Shown piece by piece: positions 13,374 to 26,940 of a stretch of 64,000 bases of DNA. The position numbers and the translations under genes are program-made. Positions within the stretch are counted from its first letter, which is position 1. Each line of letters starts with the position of its first letter. This stretch comes from Neocallimastix sp. 'constans'. Lineage: Eukaryota. The stretch is taken from contig JBODTK010000128.1 in the NCBI GenBank assembly GCA_050613775.1, positions 124,001-188,000 of the forward strand, read 5' to 3'. The notes below the pieces were generated by a model. That model was not told where the DNA came from. It saw nothing but the letters and a program-made list of their open reading frames with translations, and ran no database searches.

Positions 13374-14765
13374 TTTTTTTTTTTGCCGTAATAATTGCGA
13401 ACTTTAATTTTACTTATATATTCATTGATTAATTATATGAATATTTTTTTAAAAGCTCAAAATTAATAAAAAAAATATATATTATTTGTTCAAATAGAAC
13501 ATAATAATATTTTAAATAATAATGTGAAATAATAGTAATTTTCAAAATAAAGTGTATAAATAAATTCAGGAAAAAAGTCCATATGCAAAGAACCTCATCT
13601 CCAGATTATAAGATTTCAGTTTAAAAGAATTCTTATTTCGGATTAGGCTTTGAATTGATAATTCAAAAGAAATTATAGTCTTCTCCTTCAGAGGCATTGG
13701 TTCTGCTAGCCTGTCTTACTGAATTTTCATCATTGATACTCCTTGGTTAGTCTGAGTTTATGCCATTAGGAATATCAATCCCTGCCAAATGCTAGTCCTC
13801 TTCCACCAAGAAGGAAGTCATGTAGTCGGTACTACGTCACATATATGTTCACACACTCATTATTTAGAAAAATTGCTAACACTAAAACGATTTTTTACCA
13901 ATTGACCTATCCATTACTTTATCAGTAACGATAGTATTATTTTTACTATCACTAATATTAATAATCCTATTTTCACTATCAATACTATTATTATTTTTAT
14001 TAATAACACTATTGTTATAATAATCATTATTAATATTATGCATTTCATCACTACTATTTGATTCTATATTATTCATATTTCTGATAACAGTGTTTACATT
14101 ACGATTTGATATTGGACTATATTTGATAAATATAAAAAAATTTTTCATAAAGAATTTCAATATCTATTAAATATTTCATTCAAAATTCAAGGAGCAGATA
14201 GTAATTCGAAAACCATTGTTCCAATCGAGAATTACTTTTTTTTTTTTTTTTGCTATAACAACAAGGACATCGTTCTGGACAGTCATCTTCAATCCTACTG
14301 GCAGTTTTGGCAACACGAGCATCGGACTTACATCCACATCTGGCACGAAGTACCTATTGGAAACCAGTATATTCAGGATACTTAAAGTTGAACTTTAAGT
14401 AGTCTCTGATTTTCTCAAATTCCTTTTTTTTTTTTTTTTTTTTTTTATAAGTCATAGCCTTGATCAATTTTTCTTGCCATATCCCAATAAAAATTTACAG
14501 TTGTTATTTTTTTTTTTTGATGGAAATTTATCTAATTTATCTGCTAAAAAACTTTATATTCCATGCATAGTGCCTACAATATGATATATCTCAAAATAAA
14601 AATAAAGACAATACAATTCGGGTTTTTCCATTTTTTAAAACACCTTACCTGAACAATCTCTGAGGGTTAGGAATTATGAGTATTTCGCCAATAAAGGAGG
14701 AACATTAAGTTTAGAAACACAATAAAGGGATTGTAAAGCCATTCGTATTGGAAAATTCGTCAATC
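13374..14765 (-). mobile_element. Decayed, 5'-truncated non-LTR retrotransposon (LINE) 3' end, copy A
   Basis: Broken translation gives LNVPPL...QVRCFKKW...KYPEY...LRARCG...CPERCPCC...LEQWF (post-RT Cys domain) and LLGGR, followed by a 3' UTR and an A-run at 13374-13384. Collinear with 38100-40270 in inverted orientation. Confidence 0.8.
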
Positions 14766-15943
14766 TAAAATAATTATTAACTAGTGTCTCTGTACTTCTC
14801 GTTCTTTCTTTATTTGTTCCAAGTAGAGGTGTATAGTAAAAATAAATATACGTCTTAAATGATTATATATATATATATTGTATATTCATTTCATATAACA
14901 TAAATATTGATAAAGGTTTAAATTTTATATATTAATTTTTTAAAACTTGGTTATAAAATTTTATTCTTCTATTCTATTCAATTCTTACAAATAAAATAAT
15001 CTTTTTACTAACTACTTTTCTTATTGGAGAATAACTAATTCCTATTTTCATATGTTGATTCTTTTTATTTTTTCTTTTCATATTGAATAGTATAACTTCT
15101 ATTTAACTAAATTAAACATTCAATTTGTTAAGACAACTATATAGTTTCACAATAGTTGGTATGAAAGCAATAATTATGAAAATATTATATTAATTCTTAA
15201 TAAATTATCTCTTAAATAAAAATAGTACTATAGACATTAACATTAATATTAATAAATTTAGAAAGTGTATTAAAAATAAATAGGAATCATTTAATGATTA
15301 CATAATTTAATAACTTTTTTTAATTAATATTATTAATACACCTATCATGTATTATTTATATTTATATGTTAATATGTAATGATTATATTTACATATCATA
15401 AAAATGTTCATGTTTATTTTACATGACATTGTATTTTAAATTAATATTAATATTGTATTTTTTATATTTTATATTTCCTTTTTTTTTTATAATAATAGAT
15501 TATTTCAATTAATAACAACCAAAAAAATTCTCTTTTTAAAAAATAATAAATTAAAACAATAATATTTAAATGATGATGCGCCATTTATCATCATCATAAA
15601 ATATATATAATGATGATACACCCTTTAAATGAAAACTATTTTAACCTGGGAATTAGTGATAAAATGGAATATTTAATTTATCAAGGTACAAAAAAAAAAA
15701 AAAATTTTTTTTAAAAAATAATATATCCTTAATTTATGGCATGTAAATCTTTTATTATTATTATATATATAATGCCAAAATATATAACTAATCTTTTATT
15801 TTTATAAAGTAATAAAATTTTATTTTATTTTATTTATTTATTTATTTATTTATTTATATAGTAAATATTTATTTAACTCTTCTTTATTATAAATTAATTT
15901 AAATAATTTTTTATTTATATAATAATAATTTTATTTTTTTATT

Positions 15944-16004
<61 letters not shown>

Positions 16005-16153
16005 TTTCTTTCTATAATTTATAATACAACGTTTTATATTCACTCTATCAAAATATATTAAAATTTTTAATCTATAAATTATATATATATATATATATAT
16101 AATAGACAATAGACATTATTTACTTTTTATTTAGTTATTGATTTAATCATTCA

Positions 16154-16491
16154 TTAAAAATCAACAACTATACCAGGTTTTAAAATTTCATCTGTACTGC
16201 ATACTCCACCGGCTTGTTCTTTTTCATCTTCATCATCAGAAAAAGCAAAATCAACTCCATACATATCATCTTCTTCTGGATCATATTGAATTCTTCTAAT
16301 TCTATTCTTTCCACTAAAATTTTTATTTATTTATTTATTATTATTATTATTTTTTTAAAAAAAAAAAAAAAAGAAAAAAAGAAAAAATAAATTATTAAAA
16401 AAAAAAGTTATTAATATTTAATATTCATAGTAATATGTTATATATGATATATTATAAATAGATATATTTAAATTATTATTATTATTATTAT

Positions 16492-16539
<48 letters not shown>

Positions 16540-16882
16540 TTAATTACCTTTTTCTTTCAACTTGTTTTTTAACTTTTTTAGTTGTGGAAGGACTAGTTGA
16601 TCCATTTTTATTTTCTTCCTTTTCCTTTTCTTTTTCTTTCTGTTTAGCTGCCTCTTTTCTAGCCTTTTCTCTAGCTGCCCTTTCTTTTTCTTTTTGTTCA
16701 TTTTTCTTTTCTGATATAGATTTTGGTTTTTCCTTTTCTTTCTTTTCCTTATCATAAATATTAACTTTGACATATTTTGGTATTTCCTTAATAAATGGAT
16801 TGATATAATAACCTGTACCAGTATCTTCTTCTTCTAATTTTTTTTTTTTTTGTTATTTCAAAAAAAAAAAAAAAAAAAAAAA

Positions 16883-16915
<33 letters not shown>

Positions 16916-16949
16916 TAATACGGATTATTAGACAATGATTATACAATAA

Positions 16950-17024
<75 letters not shown>

Positions 17025-17435
17025 TTCTGTTTGTTTGTTTTCTTCATACCTTGCTCTTTTGTTTTTGAGGATGGTGTTGATTCTTCTTCTTTATATTCAA
17101 ATGGATCAGATGGTAATTCAATAATTTGTTTTGTTTTAAGATCAATTACAATTTTAACATTCTTTTTCTTATTCTTTTCATATTCTCTTAATGCCTGTTC
17201 CTTTTTAATAGCTTTTAGTCTTTCTTCTGGAGATAACCTATTTATTATTATTATTATTATTATTATTTAAATTTAATTTTAATATGATGATTATTTTAAA
17301 ATGTAATAAGGAACTCCATTATTTATAACTCTTTTATTAAAGATAATATATTATATATTTTAATATTATATTTATAAATATTCAAAATATTATAAATATG
17401 ATATAATATGATATAATATATATACATATATTTTA

Positions 17436-17524
<89 letters not shown>

Positions 17525-18564
17525 TTAGTATACCATTTATTATTGGCAGCTGTCATATTTGGATCAAAATCAGTAGCAGTATCATAAATTTTTGTTCTTT
17601 CAGTACTATGTTTATCGAAATCTAAAAGACGTTCTCTCATCATTACAGCTTTTTCATAAGCTTTTTCTCTTTTTTCCATTTCCATTTGAACTTCTAATTT
17701 AATAGCTAATTTTTCAGATCTTTGTTGATCAATTTGTTCTTGAGATGGTCGTACTGGGGTGGAGGATGAAGAGGAGGAAGTACCATGAGCAGCATTTGAA
17801 GAACTTGAGCCGGAACCATCTTTATTATTTGAAGTTTTAATTAAAATTGTTTTTTCTTCTTTTAGTTTTTCTCTTTGTTTTTGTTGATATACTCTAACTT
17901 GTTGTTCATTATCGATTACTTCTTCACCACAGAATGGACAAGGTCCTGGTCCTTCCAATTTACAAACTTTAATTATATAATTAATTTATATATATTTAAA
18001 TTAGTTTATTTTATTTTTATTTTTATTTTCATTTTTATTTTTATTTTTATTATTTTTTTTTATCTTGAATAATAAGAATAAATAATAATTTTATTTATTA
18101 GAGATTACTTACCGATTTTTCCACAATTAAGACAATTAGCAACTAATCCATGTTTAGCAGCTAATTATTTATATTTTATCAATAAATAAACATATAAAAT
18201 ATATAAATAATTTATATTAATTCATATAATTATATATTAATATATTAATTTTTTTTTTTATTAAAAAAAATTTATAAATTTGTTTTTGATTTACCTTGAC
18301 ATGGACATAATGGTCTTCCATTTTTACCCTTGGTAACAAAGGTTCTATCTTCTTTATCCCATTCTTCAAGACTAATACCACCTTTTTTTTTTTTAGAGTT
18401 TAATTTTTTTTGTTGACGTTTAGATAATTTAACTTCTTTTTCATTATCACTACTGTCTTCATCATTATTTTCTTTCTCCGTAGTATCTTCCTTAGATTTA
18501 CCTTTTCCCTTATCTTTTGTTGATTTATTTTGATTATTTTTTTTATCCTTTTTCTTTTTACTGA

Positions 18565-18633
<69 letters not shown>

Positions 18634-18807
18634 GATTTTTGATAATATTAAATTTTAATATATATTAAATTATTATTAAGAAAATTATAAATATAAAAAT
18701 AAAATACAAGTATTAAAGATCTATTAATAAATTTACTTATCCACAAAAAAAAAATTTTTTTTACTAATACTCATAAAAAAATATATTAAAATTTAAATAC
18801 AAATTAA

Positions 18808-18842
<35 letters not shown>

Positions 18843-19134
18843 CATAAATAAATTTGTTATTGTTATATCCATAATATTATTTTATTATACCTTCCAGAAT
18901 AATATTCTTCTGCTTCCTCATTTTTATGATATTCATATGGAGAGTCTCTTCCATCAAAGCCTAAATTTAAAGAATTTAAATTTGAATTACTATTAGATTT
19001 TAAATTTCTTTTCGAAACAAATTCATTAATGAACATATTGGTTGATATTGAATTTCCTATAATATTCTATTTTTAATATATAATGAAAAATATTAATAAA
19101 TAACCTTTATTTTATTTTTAATTTTATTATTATG

Positions 19135-19168
<34 letters not shown>

Positions 19169-19610
19169 GAATTGAAAGGGAATAAAATTTCATTTTTAAT
19201 TTGAAAAAAATAATTCTTTAAAATTTTTATTTTCAAAATTTATTATATCCAGAATTCAATAAAATGTGTTTATATTCAAATAAATTTTTATTTAAAACGC
19301 ATTATAAGTACTAAGATAAATTTAAAATTCAATTTTTATTTTGAAGTGTTTTTTAAATAGGATTTCTTCCATTAAAATTTCATTTATTGAATTGAACAAT
19401 TTTATTTTATTCCAGTTAAGATATAAAAATTTATTTTTGATATTAAATGTTATGCAATAAATAACATACTTGAAATTCTGTTCTTATTTCCTCTTCAGTT
19501 TGATATACCCAAATATTATCTATTAAGGGTCTACATTCTTCTGGGTTTATTCCAATGATAGAACTGACTTGGTCACAAGCCCATTTTTTTATTTCTTCTT
19601 CAGATGACAT
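16154..19610 (-). CDS. TRIP4: Activating signal cointegrator 1 / RQT4-like zf-C2HC5 protein, multi-exon
   Basis: ATG at 19610. Exons 19610-19470, 19066-18891, 18560-18295, 18160-18113, 17966-17534, 17237-~17050, ~16850-16547 and ~16313-16154. Spliced zinc finger CPCQAAKHGLVANCLNCGKIVCKLEGPGPCPFCG followed by RERLLDFDKHSTERTKIYDTATDF...WLSPEER. Confidence 0.88.
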
Positions 19611-20424
19611 ATTTTATATTTATTATTATTATTAAATATTAAATTATAATTATTGGTTTTTTCTTTTAAAGATTTTAAATTATTTATACATAAAAATAAA
19701 AATGTATAATATAGGACATAATATAATTTATATATACATATTGTAAATTAAAAAAAAAAATAATAAAAAAAAAAAATTAGTTATCTATATATAAATTAAT
19801 GATTATATTATGAATAGATTTACTTTTAAAAAGAAAAAAAATTCAACGGTATATATTAAATAATTATTATTATTATTATTATTTATTTTTATTTTTAAAT
19901 ACTTTTTGTGAATTAAAAAGTAAAAAAATAAAAATAAAAATAAAAAATAAAGGTATAAAAGTTCTATTAAAATATGTTAAGTGTTTAATGTTTAATATTT
20001 TCTAATTAAATAATAAAAAAAATATTAATATAATTTTTATGAGTGGTTTGAATTTTTAATATAAAATGTATACATTTTATACAGAAAAAATGTACTACAT
20101 ACAATCATTTTAATTTTTTGATTTATATAGATAGTACAAATACTTCGAAGAATAATGTATATTAACCACATTTTAGAAAATAATAAATACTTACAAAAAA
20201 AAAAAAAAAAAAAAAACAGGACTCAAAAATAATTTGAAATATCTTATTTATAATCGAGTCAAAGGAATAAAATATTTAGAATAATTAAAGAAAATTAAAA
20301 TACAGAGGATAGAAAAATTATTTATTATTCAGTAAATTTCTTAATAAAAATCTATTAAAGAATTTATTTTTTTATAAATATCATCATTGTCTTATAAAAT
20401 TTAATAAACTAATTCAAAACGAAA
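19611..20424. promoter_or_regulatory. Divergent intergenic region (candidate bidirectional promoter) between TRIP4/RQT4 and HBS1
   Basis: The two start codons face away from each other with 814 bp between them, which is short for this gene-sparse window. Confidence 0.5.
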
Positions 20425-23400
20425 ATGTCCAGACATAGAAATTTCAGAAACATTGATTATAATGGTATAAACAATAATAGTTTTTATTAATATAATATAA
20501 CAAATAGTTAAAAATTTAAGATAATTGAAATATTGAATATATATATATTTTTTATATAAGTATATATAAAAAAAAAAAAAAATTGAAATTATAATTTTAA
20601 AATTAAATTTTATAATGAAATTCATTTATAATAAAATTTAAATATGATATTATATACTTAAATAAATTAAATAAAATAAAATATTAATTCTTATTTATTT
20701 TTTTTTTTTTTAACTTAATAATAAATATTGATAATTTTTATTTTAACTATATGTAATATAAATAATATATATGCTTTTATTTTTTAATATATAAATATTG
20801 TACATATACATTATTCATTTAACAGATTATCTTGATGATGATTACTATGAAGACGATTACGATGACTATGATGATGATTATGATGAAAACGAAGAAGACG
20901 ATTATTATGAAGATGAAGGTTACTATTTAAAATAAAAAAAAAAAAAAAAAAAGAAAGAAAGATTATAAAAATTTAAGAAAATATTTCAATTTATAATAAT
21001 GGATTTTTAATTATATACAAAAATTTACATTTTACATGTATTCTTTTATTTAACTTTAAAGACGATTATGATGAATATGATGAAGTTGCTGTAAAACCAA
21101 ATAAAAATAAGGGTACTGGAGGTGCTACTAAAAAACTAGAGAAATTAAGTGTCAAAGGTTAATTTTTAAAAAATAATTTGATAATTATAGCTTATCTATA
21201 TAATATATTGTAATATGGATTGCCGAATGTTTTTATTATTATTATTATTATTATTAAATTCTTAAATAAATATCTAAAATCTTTATAGATAAAAAAGTAT
21301 ATACTTTAGATCAATTTCAAGAAATGAATAAAGCAAAAGCAGGTATAGTAATAAATAAATTATATTAAAAATATTTTTATAATATATATTAGAATAATAA
21401 AATATTAATGATATAATAATATAAATTAAATTATACTCTTATATATTTATTTTATTTTTATTATTTTTATTTTTTCTTTCATATTTATATATTATAATTA
21501 TATATTTATATAATTATAATTGTTGATAATTATAATTAAAATAATTTATTAATAAAATTATAATAATGATATTGATAATAATATTAATAGCTAATACACC
21601 ACCACCAGTTAAAAAAAATAATAATAATCAAGGTTCAAAAGTCATAAGTATAAGTGTTTCAAGCTCAACTGAAATAAAAAGTGAGGTTTCTGAAAGTAAA
21701 GAAAGTCTTAACAGTCAACCTAAGAATTCAGGTGAAACTAAGAAACAGAATGTTCCAAAAGCAGCTAAATTACAAGATATTGAAACTTTAATGAAGAATG
21801 ATAACAAACAATCTGGAAAAGACAGACTTAATCTTATTGTTGTTGGTATGTTCAAAATTAAAATAAATATTTATATTGATGATTAAAATTTAATTATATG
21901 TATATATATCTATTTTTATATTTATTTCTTTATTTTTGTTATTATTGTTATTATTATTATTATTATTATTTTGTTTGTTTTTTAAAATTGATATTAATAT
22001 ATATATATGTATATATTATGAAATAATATATTAATAAAAAAAAAATTATTATAAATAGGTCATGTTGATGCTGGTAAGAGTACTTTAATGGGTCATCTCT
22101 TAACTTTATTAGGTGATGTTAATGAACGTACAATTCAAAAATATCAAAGAGATGCCGAAAAAATTGGTAAAGGTTCATTTGCTTATGCTTGGGTTTTAGA
22201 TGAAACTGAAGAAGAAAGAGACAGGTAAAACTAAATACTGCATTAAATGATATTTATTAAAGTTTTTTTATTCTTAATGTTATTAAATTTATTATTTATT
22301 TATTATTTATTATTTATTATTTATTATTTATTATTTATTATTTATTATTTATTATTTATTATTTATTATTTATTATTTATTATTTATTATATATTATTTA
22401 TTATTGTATAATAAAATTCATTTTTATATTATATAAAAACAAATTAAAAATAATCAATATATATATATAAATTTTATGTTAGAGGTGTTACCATGAATGT
22501 TGCTATTACCAAATTTGAAACTGAAAAAAGAGAAATTTTCCTTTTAGATTCTCCAGGTCATAAAGATTTTATTACACATATGATTACTGGTGCTTTCCAA
22601 GTAAAATAAAAAAAATAATAATAATAAAAATAAAAATAAAAATAAAAATTTATTAATAATAATTATTTATATATGTGATAATTAATATTTATTAAAATAC
22701 AATTTAATATGATTATAATTTTTAATATATCTATTATATTATATTAAATCAAATCAAATAAAATAAAATAAAATAAAATTAATAATATAATATAAAGGCT
22801 GATGCAGCTATCTTAGTTGTTAATGCAAAAACTGGTGATTTCGAAACAGGTTTTGATGCTGGAGGTCAAACTCGTGAACACACTTTATTAATTAGAAGTC
22901 TTGGTATTCAACAACTTATTGTTGCTGTTAATAAATTAGATATTGTAAATTTTAATTTATTTGTTTCATTATATATAATTATATATATAATATATTAATC
23001 TAATGTTTAAATATATCTATATATATTTGTTAAAAATATTTTAATAATTAATTGAATTAACTATAATATATATATTTTTTTCTTTAAATATATAGATGAA
23101 TTGGTCAATGAAAAGATTTGAAGAAATTAAAAATAGATTAATTGGTTTCCTTACATCAACTGCTGGTTTTTCAAAGGATAATATTTCCTTTATTCCATGT
23201 AGTGGTTTGACTGGTGAAAATCTTGTTAAACGGGAAAGTGAAGCACTTAATTCATGGTATTCTGGAAATAGTTTAATAGAACAAATAGGTAAAATATAAA
23301 TATAAAATATCAATATAAAAATAAATAAATAAATATATTATTATTATTATTATAATTATATTATTATTATTTATTATTATTATTTATCATTATTATTAAT

Positions 23401-23661
23401 TATTATAATATATTAATATATATTAATAAATTAATTCTATATTCTATATATTTATATATATTTATATAATAGATTCTTTAGAAACCGTTACTATTAATAA
23501 AGAAATTATTAAAAAGCCATTCCGTATGGCTATTTCTGATTATTATAGTGGTGGTTTCGGTGGTGCCAATATTACTGTGAATGGTAGAATTGAATCGGGT
23601 AGTCTTCAAATTGGTCAAAATGTTTTACTTACTCCATCAAATGAATATGCTCAAGTTAAAA

Positions 23662-23727
<66 letters not shown>

Positions 23728-24295
23728 TAAAAATAATAAATTTTATAATATTAATATTTTTATGTATATATATTTAAATAAAGGTATTATGGTTAACTTT
23801 GAACCTGTAAAATATGCTATTACTGGTGATAATGTTTCCGTCGGTATCGTTGGTCCAGATATTCTCCAATTAAGGTAATTTGATTATTTTTAAAATAGTT
23901 TTAAAATTTATAATGATAATAAAATAAAATAATAATAAAATAATAATAATAATAATAATAATATGATAATAATAATATTTAAATGATAATATAATAATAG
24001 TAATATAAAAATAATATAAAAATAATAATATTAAAAATATAACAATAATAATAATAAAATACTTGTTTCAAACAAAATTATAAATACAATTAATATAAAT
24101 GTTAAATTATTAAAAAATTATTTGATATAAATATATATTTATATATTTATATATTTATATATTTAATTTTAAAAATAGTTCCAAGTCTTTCCTTTCATGC
24201 TATTTAAATCCTGTTCCATATTCTAAGCGTTTCCAATGTAAAATTATTTTATTCGATATTGATATTCCAATTACTATTGGTTTTCCAGTAAGTAT

Positions 24296-24328
<33 letters not shown>

Positions 24329-24586
24329 TAATAAATTTTTGTTTTATTTTAATTTTTTAAATAAATAGTATTTTTATTAATAAAATTTTTATATATTATT
24401 TTTAATATTTTTTATTATTTTATTTTATTTTTGTTTAATTATTATTATTGATAATTATAAGGCAATTATTCATCATCAACATATTACTGAACAAATGCAT
24501 TTCACAAAATTAATTCGTGCCTTTAATAAAAATGGAACAGTTGCTAAGGAAAAACCAAAGTATATATTTTATATATTATATTATAT

Positions 24587-24630
<44 letters not shown>

Positions 24631-25117
24631 TATACTTTCTATTTTTTTTTTATATATATATATATATATTTTTTAAAAAAAAAAAATTAATTAATTACAA
24701 TTAGAGATTGAATATCAAATATTATTTATTAATTAATAAATTATTATTAAGAAATATTATTAAATTCGTTATTTAAATACAAAAAATATAAAATTTGTTA
24801 TTTAAATACAATATAATATAATATAATATAATATAATATTAATATTAATATTAATACTAGATATAATATAATATGTAATACCAAATTTAAATTTATTAAC
24901 AAAATACGTATAATATATTTATATGTATATTAGATGTCTTACCAAGAATTATGCCAGTGCTATTGTTCAAATTAAACTTTCTAGTCCAATATGTGCTGAA
25001 ACCTTTGCTGAAAATAAAAACTTGGGTCGTTTTGTAATACGTTCTGAAGGTAAAACCATTGCTGCTGGTATCATATTAAATATTAAGAAAAAGGGTGAAC
25101 GTAAAAGCAAGAAATAA
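20425..25117 (+). CDS. HBS1: HBS1-like translational GTPase (eRF3/EF-1A family), about 14 exons
   Basis: N-terminus MSRHRNFRN is typical of Hbs1. Motifs [72 protein letters not shown] and C-terminal [20 protein letters not shown] introns. Confidence 0.92.
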
Positions 25118-25430
25118 ATAGAATAATTTAATTCCTTTCTCTCTTTCTTTTTATTAATAAATTAATAAATATAAAAAAAATTTTTTTAATATTATCAAAT
25201 TTTATAAAAAATAAAATAAAATAAAATAAAATAAAATAAAATAAAATAAATAATAATAAAATCAATAAATATTATATATGTATATATACAAATAACTGTG
25301 CATATCAATATATATTCATTATTGATTTTATATATATATATATATTTTTTAAAAAAAAATTTTTTTTTTTATAGTAAAGTTTTCATTTTTTTTTAATTAT
25401 GTTGGCAATGCCATAATAAACATTATTATA

Positions 25431-25470
<40 letters not shown>

Positions 25471-25554
25471 TGCATAAATATATGTATATTTTTTATTCAT
25501 TTCATTTTTAATATTTTAAATAATCCTTATAATATATTATTATCGTCATTGTTT

Positions 25555-25594
<40 letters not shown>

Positions 25595-25748
25595 ATAGTA
25601 AATAAAATAAAAATATATAATTAATAGATATTTAAAAATAAATAAAAAAATAAAAAAAATAAAAAAAATACAGATAAAGAAATACTAATAAATAAAATAA
25701 ACTAATATAATCTAATGATAAAAAAAAAAAATTATTTAATATAAAAAA

Positions 25749-26194
25749 AAAACATAGACTTGCACATATGGGTACCCATCTCCCATATGGCCATACAGTT
25801 ATTAATTAACTGTAAGGTGATGAGTTATTGGCATACTGTATCAGCTTCGCCGCTCTCAATCGTCGTTACACACTGCCCGGAGATGCATTCCTAACGTTCC
25901 TACATATATCTCTAATGACCACGAGCATCAGAACGGAACCATTAACTCCTCCCTAGTGGGTGTAATCATTGGCGATTGGAAATTTTACAATCATCAAGGT
26001 CTATGCTTCAATTCAAAGCGTAGTATCATGGTTGGGTGAAATAATCATCTGAGGGAAAGCCTTATAGACATCACGTGTGGTCTCATGATATCCCAGGATA
26101 GAAACCTCATCCGATTATTTGGTGCCATGCCGAGGATTCGAACCCCGCCCTCTACAGTAACCTGTATCGTCCTAACCGACTGGACCAACATGGC
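25749..26194 (-). mobile_element. tRNA-derived SINE (446 bp) with 16-bp target-site duplication
   Basis: GC-richer island flanked by direct repeats tatttaatataaaaaa at 25733-25748 and 26195-26210. The 5' end is a tRNA-like head with A and B boxes, followed by a ~370-nt body ending in hairpins and a T run. Confidence 0.85.
26120..26194 (-). ncRNA. tRNA-like head of the SINE (aberrant anticodon arm, encoded CCA)
   Basis: GCCATGT/GCATGGC acceptor stem, GTCC/GGAC D stem, TACAG-GTTA-CTGTA anticodon arm with only a 4-nt loop, CGGGG-TTCGAAT-CCTCG T arm, then ACCA. Confidence 0.8.
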
Positions 26195-26649
26195 TATTTA
26201 ATATAAAAAATTATAGCAATATTCCTTCAAATTTTGGTTTAAAAGAAAGAAAAAAGTTTAATGCCTATAAAAAAATATCACCTAATCTTATTTATTTTAA
26301 AAATATTGTCTCTTTTTTTTTTTTTTTATCATAATATCTTTATATCTTTAGTAATAAATATTAGATTAAAAAAAAAAAAAAAAACATAATAATAAAAAAA
26401 TACCAAGATTAATTTTTTATAAAATATACCACAAATTTTATAAATGTATCACAAATTATATATAATATAATTTATTTAATATAGTAATTAACTACAATTA
26501 AATAGATCATCTTAATTTATATATTATAAAATAAAGTTTGATTTAGAGTGTTTTACTATAAATAAATAAATAAAAATATTAATAAATTAATAAATTAAAT
26601 AGATAAATAAATAGATAAATAATAAAGGATTAATAAATTGAATTTTTAA

Positions 26650-26940
26650 ACTTTAAAAAGGCCTGTCCGTTATAATAAGGTTCTAATTTAGAACGGCTAA
26701 AACTTCTTACTTAAACTATACCGCCATTTTTCAACTCTTTTCCCCTTCTTATACTTATTTGTTCTAGTAGTCTAATACTTATTGGTGTTCTTTGCACTTT
26801 GACAGACTTCAATAGTCCAACTGGTAATGTCCTAAAACAAATTTTTCTTCTATGAATATTTCGTCATAGAATTTTCAAACGTTTTTAGTAGTTCTTACAG
26901 TTATATTGTATGGACGATGATCCTCTCGTTTAATCCTAGT
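26650..26940 (-). mobile_element. Possible decayed LTR-retrotransposon integrase C-terminal fragment
   Basis: Broken reading includes RSKLEPYYNG..F, reminiscent of the KL.p.y.GPf motif of Ty3/gypsy integrases. Many stops. Confidence 0.3.

Noticed and set aside
13882..14398. ORFs 13882-14160 and 14216-14398 (also 38445-38636 and 39654-39848) as host genes
   Set aside because: They are fragments or antisense frames of decayed LINE copies.
26120..26194. Functional tRNA gene (e.g. a suppressor reading via TTA)
   Set aside because: The anticodon loop is 4 nt, there is no adjacent terminator, and it lies within a TSD-flanked 446-bp insert.
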